A stretch of 64,000 nucleotides of DNA from Nitrospirota bacterium (GTDB taxonomy: Bacteria; Nitrospirota; UBA9217). The DNA lies in NCBI GenBank assembly GCA_963840455.1, contig CAWIYV010000011.1:192001-256000 (forward strand), written 5' to 3'. A program made the position numbers and the translations under genes. Shown one piece after another: positions 50,848-61,275 of this stretch. Within the stretch, counting starts at the first letter, position 1, and each line of letters starts with the position of its first letter. The notes under the pieces are model-generated. The model did not search any database. It saw only the letters and a list, made by a program, of their open reading frames with translations, and had not been told where the DNA came from.

Positions 50848-51033
50848 TTACTCGATATGGAAGGTCGCCACTTCCTTGATCCCGGGGGTATACTGCCCCA
50901 CGGGAACCAGTTTCTTGTTGTCCTTCACGCAATCGATGATGATATTCCAGAGCTGGTTCAGTTCCTTTTTCTCCCGGTCGTTCTCCGGGATCATTTTCAA
51001 CAGCTTGCCTTCGAGCTCGATCTTCATCGCCAC
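50848..51033 (-). CDS. Small hypothetical protein
   Basis: RBS GGAGG; coding-like codon usage. Confidence 0.65.
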   Translation of the reverse strand: MAMKIELEGKLLKMIPENDREKKELNQLWNIIIDCVKDNKKLVPVGQYTPGIKEVATFHIE

Positions 51034-51198
51034 CTCCGGTTCAGGTTTATTGGACTCTGAAGAACAGTGTACCAGATTTACCGGGATTTTTCAAAACGTT
51101 CATGCCTCCGTGTCATACTTCCGCAAAGCCTCCCGGGGGAATAAAAAAGGCGGAACAGTTTGACCTGTCCCGCCGTTTCATGTTTTCCAGGTACTTCG

Positions 51199-51567
51199 CT
51201 ACTGCTTGCCCGCACCCTTGTCAGCCTTCTTCTCCCGCGTCTCGTTCTTCCGCTTCCGGCCGGCCAGGTAGGCTTCGATGGGCCGCCATCCGAAGGAAAC
51301 GCTGCCTGCTGCCGCCGATACCACGCCCTCGGCGAGCTTCCTGCCGACCAGCCCCAGGGTCATCGCAATCCCGATGAAGGGGAGGAACACCGCGAAGATC
51401 AGCCCGATCACCGGGCCGGCCGCAAGGGCCGCTGCCGCAGGAGCCTTGATGTACATCTCGTTCCCCTTTCCCGGAAGAACGCCTTCCTGGTCCATGTCCA
51501 CCCGGTTGCCGTCCGCCAGATTCCAGTAGGTCCCTGCTGCCACTGTATGTCCGCCCTTGTTCAACAT
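51199..51567 (-). CDS. Hypothetical membrane protein
   Basis: RBS GGAGG; TM segment GPVIGLIFAVFLPFIGI; followed by a terminator-like hairpin near 51142-51180. Confidence 0.75.
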   Translation of the reverse strand: MLNKGGHTVAAGTYWNLADGNRVDMDQEGVLPGKGNEMYIKAPAAAALAAGPVIGLIFAVFLPFIGIAMTLGLVGRKLAEGVVSAAAGSVSFGWRPIEAYLAGRKRKNETREKKADKGAGKQ

Positions 51568-51815
51568 GTTCGTTCCCTCCTTTGGGGTGATCTCTTTTTC
51601 TTTCTGACTTAAGCATACCCCCGGATCGAGAAAAAGGAAATTGGGATTAGTTCCTATGCGCTGGGGTAATTGTTCCTAGGAAGAAGTTCGTAGGCCAGAG
51701 GATCATCACGGGCACGAACAGCGCGGGGCCTGCACCCTGACATTGAGCTTCTCTCCTGATTCTGCTAGAGTAAGTACATCAGGCGACCGCATGGGTCCGC
51801 AGGGAAGGACAATCA

Positions 51816-52349
51816 ATGATCGAGGTGCGGGAAGAACAGCAGGAAGATATCGGGGCGGTCCGGAAGGTCAACACGCGCGCCTTTGGCCAGACGGCCGAAG
51901 CGTCCATTGTTGATGCGCTGAGAGAGCACTGCCCCGGCCTTCTTTCGCTGGTGGCGGTGGACAGCGGCCGGATCGTCGGCCACATCCTGTTCAGCCCCGT
52001 TGTGATCGAATGCGAAGGCCGGAACGTTTCCGGCATGGGGCTCGCGCCGATGTCGGTCCTGCCTGAATGCCAACGCCGGGGTATCGGCTCCGCGCTGGTC
52101 AACACAGGCATCGACATGCTCAGGGAACGCCGATGCCCCTTTGTGATCGTGCTCGGCCATTCCGGCTACTACCCCCGCTTCGGGTTTGAACGCGCTTCGC
52201 ACTATGCCATCCGCAGCCAGTGGGAAGGGATCCCCGATGAGGCCTTCATGGTCCTGATGCTCGACAGAACGGCGATGCAGAACATTTCCGGCGTCGCCCG
52301 CTACCGGGCCGAGTTCAATATCCCTGAAGCAAGCTGCAGGGAATCCTAG
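51816..52349 (+). CDS. GNAT family N-acetyltransferase (YhbS-like)
   Basis: GHILFS, LAPMSV.P..QRRGIG, VLGH..YYPRFGF. Confidence 0.92.
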   Translation: MIEVREEQQEDIGAVRKVNTRAFGQTAEASIVDALREHCPGLLSLVAVDSGRIVGHILFSPVVIECEGRNVSGMGLAPMSVLPECQRRGIGSALVNTGIDMLRERRCPFVIVLGHSGYYPRFGFERASHYAIRSQWEGIPDEAFMVLMLDRTAMQNISGVARYRAEFNIPEASCRES

Positions 52350-52433
52350 ATCCTCAAGGTGGAACTAATGTATTCTAATCGCTCGCTAACCCCGCAGCAA
52401 GCTACGGGGAATGCGCGCGCTCCTGGATTCAAT
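52321..52433 (+). repeat. Double-hairpin dispersed repeat, copy 11, overlapping the GNAT gene 3' end
   Basis: Match to consensus; supplies PEASCRES and the stop codon. Confidence 0.9.
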
Positions 52434-52464
52434 GAAGCGGTCTGACGGCAGGGGGGCGCAATCC

Positions 52465-53580
52465 ATGCAGTACCGAAGATCGATCATTGTTGCCTTCATT
52501 ATCAGTGCGGGCATAGTGGCGGTGATCCTGGGCTGCAATCATTATTTTTCCAACGCGGCAGAACCGACGGAGACCATGCGCGCCTCAAAACAGTATTCTG
52601 ACGGGAAATTCCAGAATACCCTACCCACGACCGTGATGAGGGATGGAAAGACCTGGGAGACCTTCATCAAGTTCCTGACCGGCGGCTCAAAGGACCGGGT
52701 TCCTGCGAAGCCCCTACCGGTCGTTTCAATGGAGGGATACGGAAGAAATCCGCCCGCAACAGCCCTCCGCTTTGCCTGGCTGGGCCATTCGAGCGTGCTC
52801 GTGGAACTGGACGGCAAGAGGTTCCTTTTTGACCCAGTCTTCTCGGAGCGCGCCTCCTTCCTTTCCTGGATGGGACCAAAGAGGTTCCAGCCGGCCCCCT
52901 TGACCGCGAAAGACATGCCGCCCCTCGACGCCGTCCTCCTGTCCCATGATCATTACGACCATCTGGACAAGGCCACGATCCTTTCCTTATTAGGCAAGAC
53001 CGGGCAGTTTTGCGTGCCGCTGGGTGTGGCAGCGATCCTGGAAGGCTGGGGCGTCCCGAAGGCAAAGATCGTCGAGCTCGATTGGTGGGACGAGCGCAGC
53101 GTCAACGGCATGATGCTCGTTGCGACACCGGCGCGTCACTTTTCCGGGAGAGGGCTGTTCGACCGGTTCAGTACCCTCTGGTGTTCCTGGACCTTGATCG
53201 GAAAGACCGGCAGGATCTTCTTCAGCGGCGACACCGGTATGACGCCGGAGTTCAAGGACATCGGTAATAGATACGGCCCCTTCGACGTCACGTTCATCAA
53301 GATCGGCGCCTTCAACGACAACTGGCCGGACGTCCACCTGGATCCAGAGCAGGCGCTCAAGGCGCATAGGGACCTCGGCGGCCGCGCCTTTGTCCCGATC
53401 CACTGGGGGACATTTGATCTCGGGCTCCACAGCTGGTACGAACCGATCGAGCGGCTGGTGAAGACAGCGGGAGCGGAGAACGTGAAGATCATCACTCCGA
53501 AGATCGGAGAGGTCGTCGATGGGGAGAACTACGAGAATACCTTCTGGTGGAGACCGTCGATGCCGGAAGGGACGATATGA
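52465..53580 (+). CDS. MBL-fold metallo-hydrolase (NAPE-PLD/RomA-like)
   Basis: WLGHS, SHDHYDHLD, PARHFSGR, PIHWGTF. Confidence 0.92.
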   Translation: MQYRRSIIVAFIISAGIVAVILGCNHYFSNAAEPTETMRASKQYSDGKFQNTLPTTVMRDGKTWETFIKFLTGGSKDRVPAKPLPVVSMEGYGRNPPATALRFAWLGHSSVLVELDGKRFLFDPVFSERASFLSWMGPKRFQPAPLTAKDMPPLDAVLLSHDHYDHLDKATILSLLGKTGQFCVPLGVAAILEGWGVPKAKIVELDWWDERSVNGMMLVATPARHFSGRGLFDRFSTLWCSWTLIGKTGRIFFSGDTGMTPEFKDIGNRYGPFDVTFIKIGAFNDNWPDVHLDPEQALKAHRDLGGRAFVPIHWGTFDLGLHSWYEPIERLVKTAGAENVKIITPKIGEVVDGENYENTFWWRPSMPEGTI

Positions 53581-53652
53581 CCCAAAGTGGTGCCGTTAAT
53601 ACGTCCGATCAGACCCGGTCTGAGAAGGACATCGCTCCTCTATACGGACAGG

Positions 53653-53889
53653 TCACGTACCCGGCCGCGCCGGGATGCGGCCCTGCTCCCTCAGGCATCC
53701 AAGGATACGGGGCGTACAGCGCTCCCCCTTGCAGGGACCGCTCCCTGCGCCGGTCGCTTTCTTCAGTTCGTCGACCGTTGCCAAGCCGGCCTTGATCTTC
53801 TCCAGGATCGTCTTCTTCTTGATCCCCTTGCAGATGCATACCGGCTTGAGACCTTCGATGATCTCCTGCTCTTTCCTTGATCTATCCAT
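53653..53889 (-). CDS. BFD-like [2Fe-2S]-binding protein
   Basis: VCIC...TGAG.GPC.G.RC. Confidence 0.85.
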   Translation of the reverse strand: MDRSRKEQEIIEGLKPVCICKGIKKKTILEKIKAGLATVDELKKATGAGSGPCKGERCTPRILGCLREQGRIPARPGT

Positions 53890-53976
53890 CTTCGCGTTAC
53901 GCGTCCGTGGGGCCGGAACAGGGCCGCCTGCTGGACATTGATTTTCGTTGAGCTGGTCCCCAGCTCACTTCGAGCC

Positions 53977-54162
53977 TCATGCCGGCCCGCAGTTGAGGTC
54001 ACAGGACTTTGCCGCGGCCTTCTTCTCGTCCTCCGGGAGGTGGCATTTCTTGTACTTCCTCCCGCTCCCGCACCAGCAGTCATCGTTCCGGCCCGGCTTT
54101 GCCACGCGGGCTTCCGGGTCCTTCCCGGCGAACGCGCCCATCATCCGATCAAGCAGTTTCAT
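53977..54162 (-). CDS. SEC-C motif protein
   Basis: GRNDDCWCGSGRKYKKCH. Confidence 0.85.
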   Translation of the reverse strand: MKLLDRMMGAFAGKDPEARVAKPGRNDDCWCGSGRKYKKCHLPEDEKKAAAKSCDLNCGPA

Positions 54163-54264
54163 TGCGTCTCCTGAAGATGAAGTTCCCTCGTTCAAAATAA
54201 TACCATGGAAGGCTGAAAAAACCGAGCGAAAGGATCCTGGAGCGACCACATTCCCCGCAGGGCG

Positions 54265-54672
54265 CTACCTGCTTCCCGGTGCGCCGGCCGACCTTCGATA
54301 CTGGTCGATCACCGGGAGGTCGGCCTCGGCCCAATCAAGGGTATGCAGTTCAGCAGGCAGCAGCCACGCAAGGGCCGCGTGTTCGTGGAGCGTGATATCA
54401 CCGGCAACGACCCTGCACCGGAAGGGGTACAGGGTGACCGTGAACGCCCGATAGCGATGGGTCGTCGGTGCAAGCGGCGGTCCCACGCTGATCTCGATCC
54501 CCAGTTCTTCGCGCAATTCCCGTTTGAGACATGCAGAAGCGCTCTCCCCGTCCTTGATCTTGCCGCCGGGGAATTCCCATTTGAGCGGCAGGCTCATGGA
54601 CCCGCTCCGCTGGGTGGCGAGCACCTTTCCGCCCTGTTCGATGATGGCGCAGGCGACGTGGTAGTGGTTCAT
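54265..54672 (-). CDS. NUDIX hydrolase (MutT/NudG-like)
   Basis: WEFPGGK...GE.....L.RELREELG Nudix box. Confidence 0.92.
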   Translation of the reverse strand: MNHYHVACAIIEQGGKVLATQRSGSMSLPLKWEFPGGKIKDGESASACLKRELREELGIEISVGPPLAPTTHRYRAFTVTLYPFRCRVVAGDITLHEHAALAWLLPAELHTLDWAEADLPVIDQYRRSAGAPGSR

Positions 54673-54953
54673 GGCAGGATACGTGGACAGAAGACCGACG
54701 GCATGACCGAACGCGGCATAGGGGAAGCATCCTCCCGGGAGCAATGCTCCAAGCCCCGGGAGGGATATCGTCTAGTTCACCGGCTTTGAATGGCACCGGT
54801 TACCGTCTTCCGGCGGAACGCTACGGTGGCGTGGTAGACGCCCAGAAATTTTTCGTCTTGGTTCGGAGATGGCTGTTCTAAACGTTCCATGGTTAAACCA
54901 ATGCTTCGCCGGCGGTCAAGTCTCTAGTACACCGGTCACGGAGCCTTCTTCGC

Positions 54954-55301
54954 CTAAAGCGTGAGCGGCACCCCTTTCCGCACGGAATCGAAATACCGGT
55001 CCAGGAGCTCCTTGATGTCGCCGCGGTAGTTCTTTGCGAGGAAATAATAGACCTTGTTCTCCAGTTCATCGGACGCGCTGATCTTCAGACTGAAGGACTT
55101 CGACGCAATGTAGTATTCCAGATTGGCGTTCAGGAGCGGGAACAGGGCGCTCTTGCCCCGGATATACCGCGCCCGGTACCCGAAGTCCCGGGAGGCTTCG
55201 GGGTCAGCATATGCCAGCAGGAACCCTGCGTCAGCAAGCGCAGTATCAAGTTCTGCGGTCTTGAACGCCAGTTCTTCGGTGCTCGTCTTCTTCGCTTCCA
55301 T
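54954..55301 (-). CDS. Hypothetical protein
   Basis: 115-aa ORF adjacent to the methyltransferase gene, GC3-biased. Confidence 0.7.
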   Translation of the reverse strand: MEAKKTSTEELAFKTAELDTALADAGFLLAYADPEASRDFGYRARYIRGKSALFPLLNANLEYYIASKSFSLKISASDELENKVYYFLAKNYRGDIKELLDRYFDSVRKGVPLTL

Positions 55302-55303
55302 GG

Positions 55304-55882
55304 TCAGTTCCTTTCCATAAGAGCGGCCCTGCTGAGCCGGACGGCCGGAGCGCCGCTATACCGGAACCCGGCATCGCATGCCGCCTGCACGATCTCGTGG
55401 AACCTTCGCCGGCCCACATGCATTTTCGGCTCGGCAATGAGCATTGTTCCCTGCTCCTTCAGGATCGAGAAGACCTGGTTGAAGAACCTCCGGGTGTCCT
55501 CCGTCTCATGCGCCATCCAGAACGCCAGGACGAAATCCACGGGCTCTCTGAATCCAAGGTCGTCGTGCGCCGCGAGCACGGGTCTGATGCACCGGGCCAC
55601 GCCGGCCCTCTCCGCCCGTTTCCGTGTCCTATCGGGCACCTCCTGCTGGACGTCCACAGCGATGACCGTTCCGGCATCGCCCACGAGCGCGGCCAGCGCG
55701 ATCGAAAAATATCCCATGCCGCAACCGATGTCCGCCACGATCATCCCTTCGCGGACATGGGGGGAAAGCAGTGTCGCGGGATCGTGCAGGAATCGGCGCA
55801 GGGGGTTGTCAAAGGTGTAGGCAAGCCACCACGGGCAGATGCGGTCGTCCCGGAGGAGCAGGCTTTTGAGCGATCTCACCAC
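55304..55882 (-). CDS. Class I SAM-dependent methyltransferase
   Basis: ICPWW, DIGCGMGYF, VIAVDVQ. Confidence 0.88.
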   Translation of the reverse strand: MVRSLKSLLLRDDRICPWWLAYTFDNPLRRFLHDPATLLSPHVREGMIVADIGCGMGYFSIALAALVGDAGTVIAVDVQQEVPDRTRKRAERAGVARCIRPVLAAHDDLGFREPVDFVLAFWMAHETEDTRRFFNQVFSILKEQGTMLIAEPKMHVGRRRFHEIVQAACDAGFRYSGAPAVRLSRAALMERN

Positions 55883-55995
55883 GGCCCTCCCTCGTGCATA
55901 GGCGGAGAATAGCATAGAAGAGGAGGAAAATAAAGAGAGATGAATTTTCTTCACTCCCGTGCCATTTTTGGTATAAAATATTAGTATTAAAGAGT

Positions 55996-56457
55996 ATGGC
56001 CATCATGGCAGTATCCGGCATGGTGCAGGAGAGTGGAATATTGACCGAGAAAGACAAAAAAAACCGGGGGATCGCCCGGCACCGCAGCAGGACGCAGCGT
56101 TCCTGCTCCCTGGGCAGTGTGTCAGGCAGCAGCCATGAGAGGACCGACCACGTCGTCCGCGTCGTGGATCTCAGTGTCATCGGAGTGGGGATCGAGTCGT
56201 CCGAGCGGATCGAGCCCGGATTCGTCTGGTTCAAGGAGCGCGTGGGAGGCCACAAGTACGGCGTTCTCACCTGGAGCAGGAAAAGCGGCGATCATTACCG
56301 GGCAGGAATAACGTTCGTAACGCTGTCCCGCACCAATGAACTGTATGTACAGGACCAGGCAAGACATTCACCGCCGCTCGAACCGTTCCGCGACCCTCTG
56401 CAGGTCATCGAAACCATTATCGCGTCCGTCAGGAAGGATCCCGGAAGCAACAACTGA
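55996..56457 (+). CDS. PilZ-like protein, tandem paralog 1
   Basis: DLSVIGVG; GFVWFKERVGG; YRAGITF. Confidence 0.7.
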   Translation: MAIMAVSGMVQESGILTEKDKKNRGIARHRSRTQRSCSLGSVSGSSHERTDHVVRVVDLSVIGVGIESSERIEPGFVWFKERVGGHKYGVLTWSRKSGDHYRAGITFVTLSRTNELYVQDQARHSPPLEPFRDPLQVIETIIASVRKDPGSNN

Positions 56458-56504
56458 AACACCGGCAGCCGGTCTCCCAGGATCGCACAGACGATCGCAA
56501 TAGT

Positions 56505-56622
56505 ATTGAAGCTCCCTGCAGCAAGCTGCAGGGAATCTTCGATCCTTAAGGAAGTATCGTTATTCTAATCGCTCGCTAACCCAGCAGCAAGCTGCGGGGA
56601 ATGCGCTCGCGCGTGGATTCAT
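56505..56622 (+). repeat. Double-hairpin dispersed repeat, copy 12
   Basis: Match to consensus. Confidence 0.93.
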
Positions 56623-56714
56623 GAATGGACCCGCTCCAGAGGGTCGAATGATTGTATATTTGAAGTATTCTTGGTTGATGATAATTCCTCTTTTCTCAGT
56701 CGGGCAGGCGCACC

Positions 56715-57149
56715 ATGAGAACCAGTGATAAGATTACCGGCATCGATAAGCGGAACGAACTGCGTCAGGCAGACAGGTATCCGCTGGCTGTACAGCGGGA
56801 CTGTGCGATGTGCATCATCACCTTCAAGGACCTTGCGTGGAAGGACCACGTCGCCTCCCTGAAGGACATCAGCATGAACGGCGTCGGGGTCGAAGCGGAG
56901 ACGCGGATCGATACCGGTTTCGTATGGTTCCGTGACCGCGTTGGCGGACACCGCGGCGGCGTACTGATGTGGAGCAGGCAGGTCGGCTATAATTACCGCG
57001 CGGGGATCCAGTTCGTCCCGCTCTCCCGAGACGCAGAGGAGTTCGTTAACAGCCAGGTAAGTCTCCTGCGCGACCACAAGCCTCTTAGCGATCCCACAGC
57101 GATCATATCGACGATCATGGGGTCCATGGGCAGGACCCGAAAGAACTAG
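56715..57149 (+). CDS. PilZ domain protein, tandem paralog 2
   Basis: RQADR (RxxxR) and DISMNG (DxSxxG); GFVWFRDRVGG; YRAGIQF. Confidence 0.8.
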   Translation: MRTSDKITGIDKRNELRQADRYPLAVQRDCAMCIITFKDLAWKDHVASLKDISMNGVGVEAETRIDTGFVWFRDRVGGHRGGVLMWSRQVGYNYRAGIQFVPLSRDAEEFVNSQVSLLRDHKPLSDPTAIISTIMGSMGRTRKN

Positions 57150-57394
57150 ACGTCCGTCCGCGGGCAGCCTTGGGCTGAGCCCATCCGAGAGCTCCCCGCA
57201 CCTCGATCCTTCTGCCCCCCACAGGACCCCTCGAAGACCGGAAACGGAGAACGCTGAAGCCCGCCAACATTGCCGTGCTGTTGCCACGGCGCAAAACCAA
57301 GCATATCGGAAGAACAGAACATAACCGTTTACCTGGTCCCGCTTTTATGCTATAAGGTTTCAAGTGCGACATCCGCTCTCCGAGGAGCAGGGCC

Positions 57395-57910
57395 ATGGAT
57401 GTGACCAGACAATCCCACCGGTACCACGTTGACAAGCGGCGTGAATTCTCCCTCTGCATCATTCCGTTCAAGAGTCTTGTGTGCGCGGTCGCTGTCGCAC
57501 ATGTCGTGGACCTCAGCAGGTACGGTTTGGGAATAGAATCCGATCAGCAGCTGGAACCCGGTTTCGTCTGGTTCAAGGACCGGATCGGAGGGTTCAAGGG
57601 TGGCCTGCTCGTCTGGGCCAAGAAGGTCGGCACAAAATACCGCGCCGGCATCAAATTCGTGCCCCTGTCCCGCGACAAGGAACTGCTCGTACAGGGTCGG
57701 ATCGATGCGATACGGCCGCTCCAGCCGCTCCACAATCCCGAGGTAATCATCTCCACGATCCTCGAATCGATGACGCGGGACCAGACAGGAGGGCAGACAA
57801 CGCCGGACCAGGCCGCGCCCGAAGACCTGAAAGCGCTGCGCTCCGGCGAAAAAACGCCGACCGAAGAGGACCTCATCGCCCAGCTCCGCGCCATGCTCAC
57901 CTCGCTCTAG
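57395..57910 (+). CDS. PilZ domain protein, tandem paralog 3
   Basis: RQSHR and DLSRYG; GFVWFKDRIGG; YRAGIKF. Confidence 0.78.
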   Translation: MDVTRQSHRYHVDKRREFSLCIIPFKSLVCAVAVAHVVDLSRYGLGIESDQQLEPGFVWFKDRIGGFKGGLLVWAKKVGTKYRAGIKFVPLSRDKELLVQGRIDAIRPLQPLHNPEVIISTILESMTRDQTGGQTTPDQAAPEDLKALRSGEKTPTEEDLIAQLRAMLTSL

Positions 57911-58153
57911 GACCCTCGACCCCCTTCACGAAGCTTTCCGCAACGTTGTACGATGCCATGCACTGATTGTCCGCCCCGCTGCCCTGCCTATCAGGGACCG
58001 TTTAGAGAGAGGCTTCGCTGAAGCATGGCTGCCGGAAGGCGCTATTTTTGTGAGCGATGGAGGTCTGACCCGAAGGGCGAGGAATGCACGTCGTGGCAAA
58101 GCGTAAGAGACCAGCGACCCGGCCTTAGAGCGGAAGGTGAGGTTGCCGAGGAA

Positions 58154-58915
58154 TCACTGCTGAGCGATCTCGTCGTGGATGTACAGCCTGAGGAATTCCT
58201 GGTCCCGCGGGGCGATGCGCGCGAACTTGACCCCCATGCCGGGCTCACCGATGTTCCCTTCGTTGAGCCGGTGACGGTAAAGGACCACGGCATCGGCCGC
58301 AATGGTCCTGCCCTTCACGGAGATCTGAACGGCGAGGCGGGCGTTCGGGGGATGCGGTTTCAGCGTGCGGATATACATACCGTGCTCGGAAATGACCAAC
58401 GCGCACTCGCCTTTGACACCATCGAGGGGCGCATTGTCCACGATGACAGGCATCTGTGTGCGGACGCGCAGGCTCGCCCGCGTCACCGGCTCGATCGCTG
58501 TCTGTATGGTCCGGTACAGCTCCTCAAGCCCTACCGGCGTCCCGAGAAAGGCAGAGAAGCCCGCACGCAGGCACCGGATCTCGGCCCTTTGGTCCCTGTT
58601 CGCCGCAAGGGCGATGACAGGGATATCGGCGGTGCGCGGCTCCTGCTGGATGCGGGACAGCAGGTCGAGGCCGCTCATTCCCGGAAGGTCCAGCTCAGCG
58701 ATGATGAGAGCCGGGGGTTCGGAAGCGATCATATCGAGGGCATCCTCGGCATTGGAAGCCGTACAGACGCGGTATTCGAACCTCTGGAGGAGCTTGGCGT
58801 GGAACGCGCGCCGATGGGCGTCATCATCGACCACCATCAGAAGGCGTCTTTTGCTTTTTGGTGCATTTCCGGTGTTTGCGTTCATGCCCGTTGCCATAGT
58901 CCTAAGCACGTTCAT
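58154..58915 (-). CDS. Pseudo-receiver + PilZ domain protein
   Basis: VVDDD...LIIAE (E for D); RASLR; VISEHG; GMGVKF. Confidence 0.8.
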   Translation of the reverse strand: MNVLRTMATGMNANTGNAPKSKRRLLMVVDDDAHRRAFHAKLLQRFEYRVCTASNAEDALDMIASEPPALIIAELDLPGMSGLDLLSRIQQEPRTADIPVIALAANRDQRAEIRCLRAGFSAFLGTPVGLEELYRTIQTAIEPVTRASLRVRTQMPVIVDNAPLDGVKGECALVISEHGMYIRTLKPHPPNARLAVQISVKGRTIAADAVVLYRHRLNEGNIGEPGMGVKFARIAPRDQEFLRLYIHDEIAQQ

Positions 58916-58917
58916 GT

Positions 58918-58990
58918 ATTGAAGCTCTCTGCAGCAAACTGCAGGGGACCTTCGATCCTCAAGGCAGTAGAGGAATTCTCATCGCTCGCT
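58918..58990 (+). repeat. Partial dispersed repeat, copy 13 (a further fragment at 59127-59157)
   Basis: ATTGAAGCTCTCTGCAGCAAACTGCAGGGGACCTTCGATCCTCAAGG...ATCGCTCGCT. Confidence 0.85.
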
Positions 58991-59325
58991 GCTTGATCCA
59001 TGAGGACACCATACCATAGAAGGGAACGGAAAGGAAGTCCGCCGAAAGGGTGTTTTTAGGGGATGACGAGGCCTCGGCACAGGTGATCCCGTTGAAGGTA
59101 TGCAAGGCTATCTAACGATACCGAATTCGCTCACGAACGCCGCAGCAAGCTGCAGGGTCCCTGGGAGGAGTGTGGAACAGACAGCAGAGAACAAAAGCGT
59201 GGGCATCAGTGGCAACATCGTCCGCGAACCCCTTATGCCCTTCGAAAAAAATGCCTGATGATTTCATTTGCCTCCCCGGCAGGTTTACGGTAATATACGC
59301 GTTCGCCGCAATGCGGCACCGCGCC

Positions 59326-61191
59326 ATGCTCCAGGTCACGAACATAGAAAAATCCTACGGCAAGCAGCTGCTCTTCGACGGAGTCGGCTTTACGATCAAT
59401 CCGCGCGAGCGCGTCGGCCTTGTCGGCAGGAACGGCCACGGCAAGTCTACGCTCTTCCGCATGATCCTCGGCGAAGAGCACCAGGACGCCGGTACGATCA
59501 CCGTACCCTCGGGCTACACCATCGGCCATCTGTCCCAGCACATCCATTTCACCGAGGATACGGTCCTCGGGGAGGCATGCCTGGCCCTGCCCGCGAACGA
59601 GGACCATATCGACGAGTCCTACAAGGCAGAGGCCATCCTGCACGGTCTCGGCTTCACGAACGAGGATTTCGACAACCACCCCTCATCGCTGTCCGGCGGC
59701 TACCAGGTGCGGCTGAACCTGGCCAAGGTGCTCGCGTCCGAACCAAACCTCCTGCTGCTCGACGAACCCACCAACTACCTCGACATCGTCTCGGTCCGCT
59801 GGCTCACCCAGTTCCTGCGGGCGTGGCGGAACGAGCTCATTATCATCACCCACGACCGCGACTTCATGGACAGCGTGACGACCCATACCATGATCATCCA
59901 CCGCTACAAGATGCGGAAGGTCGCCGGCGGCACGCAGAAGCTGTACGACCAGATCCTGATGGAAGAGGAGATCTACGAAAAGACCCGCCAGAACGACGAG
60001 AAGAAGCGAAAAGAGGTCGAGCAGTTCATCAACCGGTTCCGCGCCCAGGCAACCAAGGCGAGCGCCGTGCAGTCGCGCATCAAGGCCCTTGCCCGGCACG
60101 AAAAGCTCGACAAGCTCGACGAGATAAGGTCGCTCGATTTCAAGTTTCGCTCCGCGCCCTTTGAAGCGAAATGGCTGATGACCGTGGAGAACCTGTCCTT
60201 CTCCTTCTCCCCGGACTCTCCGAAGCTGATCGAGGGCTTGAGCTTCGGCGTCGGGAAGAAGGACCGCATCGCGGTCATCGGAAAGAACGGCAAGGGGAAG
60301 ACCACGCTCCTGAACCTGCTGGCGCGGGAGATGTCCCCCACGGCTGGCGATGTCAAGCTCCACCCCAACACCAAGATCGCCTATTTCGGCCAGACGAACA
60401 TCAACCGCTTGCGGCCCGACAAGACCGCGCTGCAGGAGATCATGGACGCGCATCCGGACTACGCCCAGGGCGAATCCCGGGCCATCTGCGGCCTCATGAT
60501 GTTCGAGGGAGACAATGCCCTCAAGAAGGTGAGCGTGCTCTCGGGCGGGGAGAGGAGCCGGGTGCTGCTCGGCAAGCTGCTGGTCTCACCGGCGAACCTG
60601 CTCATGCTCGACGAGCCGACGAACCACCTCGACATGGAATCCATCGACTCGCTGATCGAGGCGATCGAAGCCTTCGACGGCGCGGTCATCATCGTGACCC
60701 ACAGCGAGCTGATCCTCGAGGCTGTGGCGACCAAGCTCATCGTTTATGACAATGATGTGGTTTCGGTCTTCGAAGGCACGTACCTCGACTTCCTCGAACG
60801 CGTCGGATGGAGCGATGAGGGCGGCGTACGCGTGAAGAAGGGAAAGAAGCAGGAAGCGGAAAAGAATGTGAACCGGAAGGATGTGAAGAAGCAGCGCGCC
60901 TCCATCGTATCGGAAAAATCAAAGGCCCTCGGCGCGCTGAAAAAAAAGATCGCCGCTCTCGAAGAGGAGATCACGAAACTGGAGTTCGATGTCGAGCAGG
61001 ACACCCAGCGGCTGACGGAGGTCACGATCAAGGGCGAGGCGCTGGCCATCAAGCGCTTGTCGCAGGCCATCCGCGAGAACAAGGCCCGCATCGATGCGAG
61101 GTTCGCCGAGCTCGAAACCGCGACGAACGAGCACGACGCGAAGGCACAGGAGTTCGATCAGCAGATTGCGGAACTGGCGGAGACGACGTAG
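59326..61191 (+). CDS. ABC-F family ATP-binding protein
   Basis: Two NBDs (GRNGHGKS and GKNGKGKT; LSGG; DEPTN), no TM segments, coiled-coil C-terminus. Confidence 0.95.
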   Translation: MLQVTNIEKSYGKQLLFDGVGFTINPRERVGLVGRNGHGKSTLFRMILGEEHQDAGTITVPSGYTIGHLSQHIHFTEDTVLGEACLALPANEDHIDESYKAEAILHGLGFTNEDFDNHPSSLSGGYQVRLNLAKVLASEPNLLLLDEPTNYLDIVSVRWLTQFLRAWRNELIIITHDRDFMDSVTTHTMIIHRYKMRKVAGGTQKLYDQILMEEEIYEKTRQNDEKKRKEVEQFINRFRAQATKASAVQSRIKALARHEKLDKLDEIRSLDFKFRSAPFEAKWLMTVENLSFSFSPDSPKLIEGLSFGVGKKDRIAVIGKNGKGKTTLLNLLAREMSPTAGDVKLHPNTKIAYFGQTNINRLRPDKTALQEIMDAHPDYAQGESRAICGLMMFEGDNALKKVSVLSGGERSRVLLGKLLVSPANLLMLDEPTNHLDMESIDSLIEAIEAFDGAVIIVTHSELILEAVATKLIVYDNDVVSVFEGTYLDFLERVGWSDEGGVRVKKGKKQEAEKNVNRKDVKKQRASIVSEKSKALGALKKKIAALEEEITKLEFDVEQDTQRLTEVTIKGEALAIKRLSQAIRENKARIDARFAELETATNEHDAKAQEFDQQIAELAETT

Positions 61192-61275
61192 TCAAGAAGA
61201 CTGTCTCCCCTGGCGGCAACCCTAAGGACCGGTTTGATCCTGGCTATCCTTTATTTTCTCCTCGAACAAAGAATA

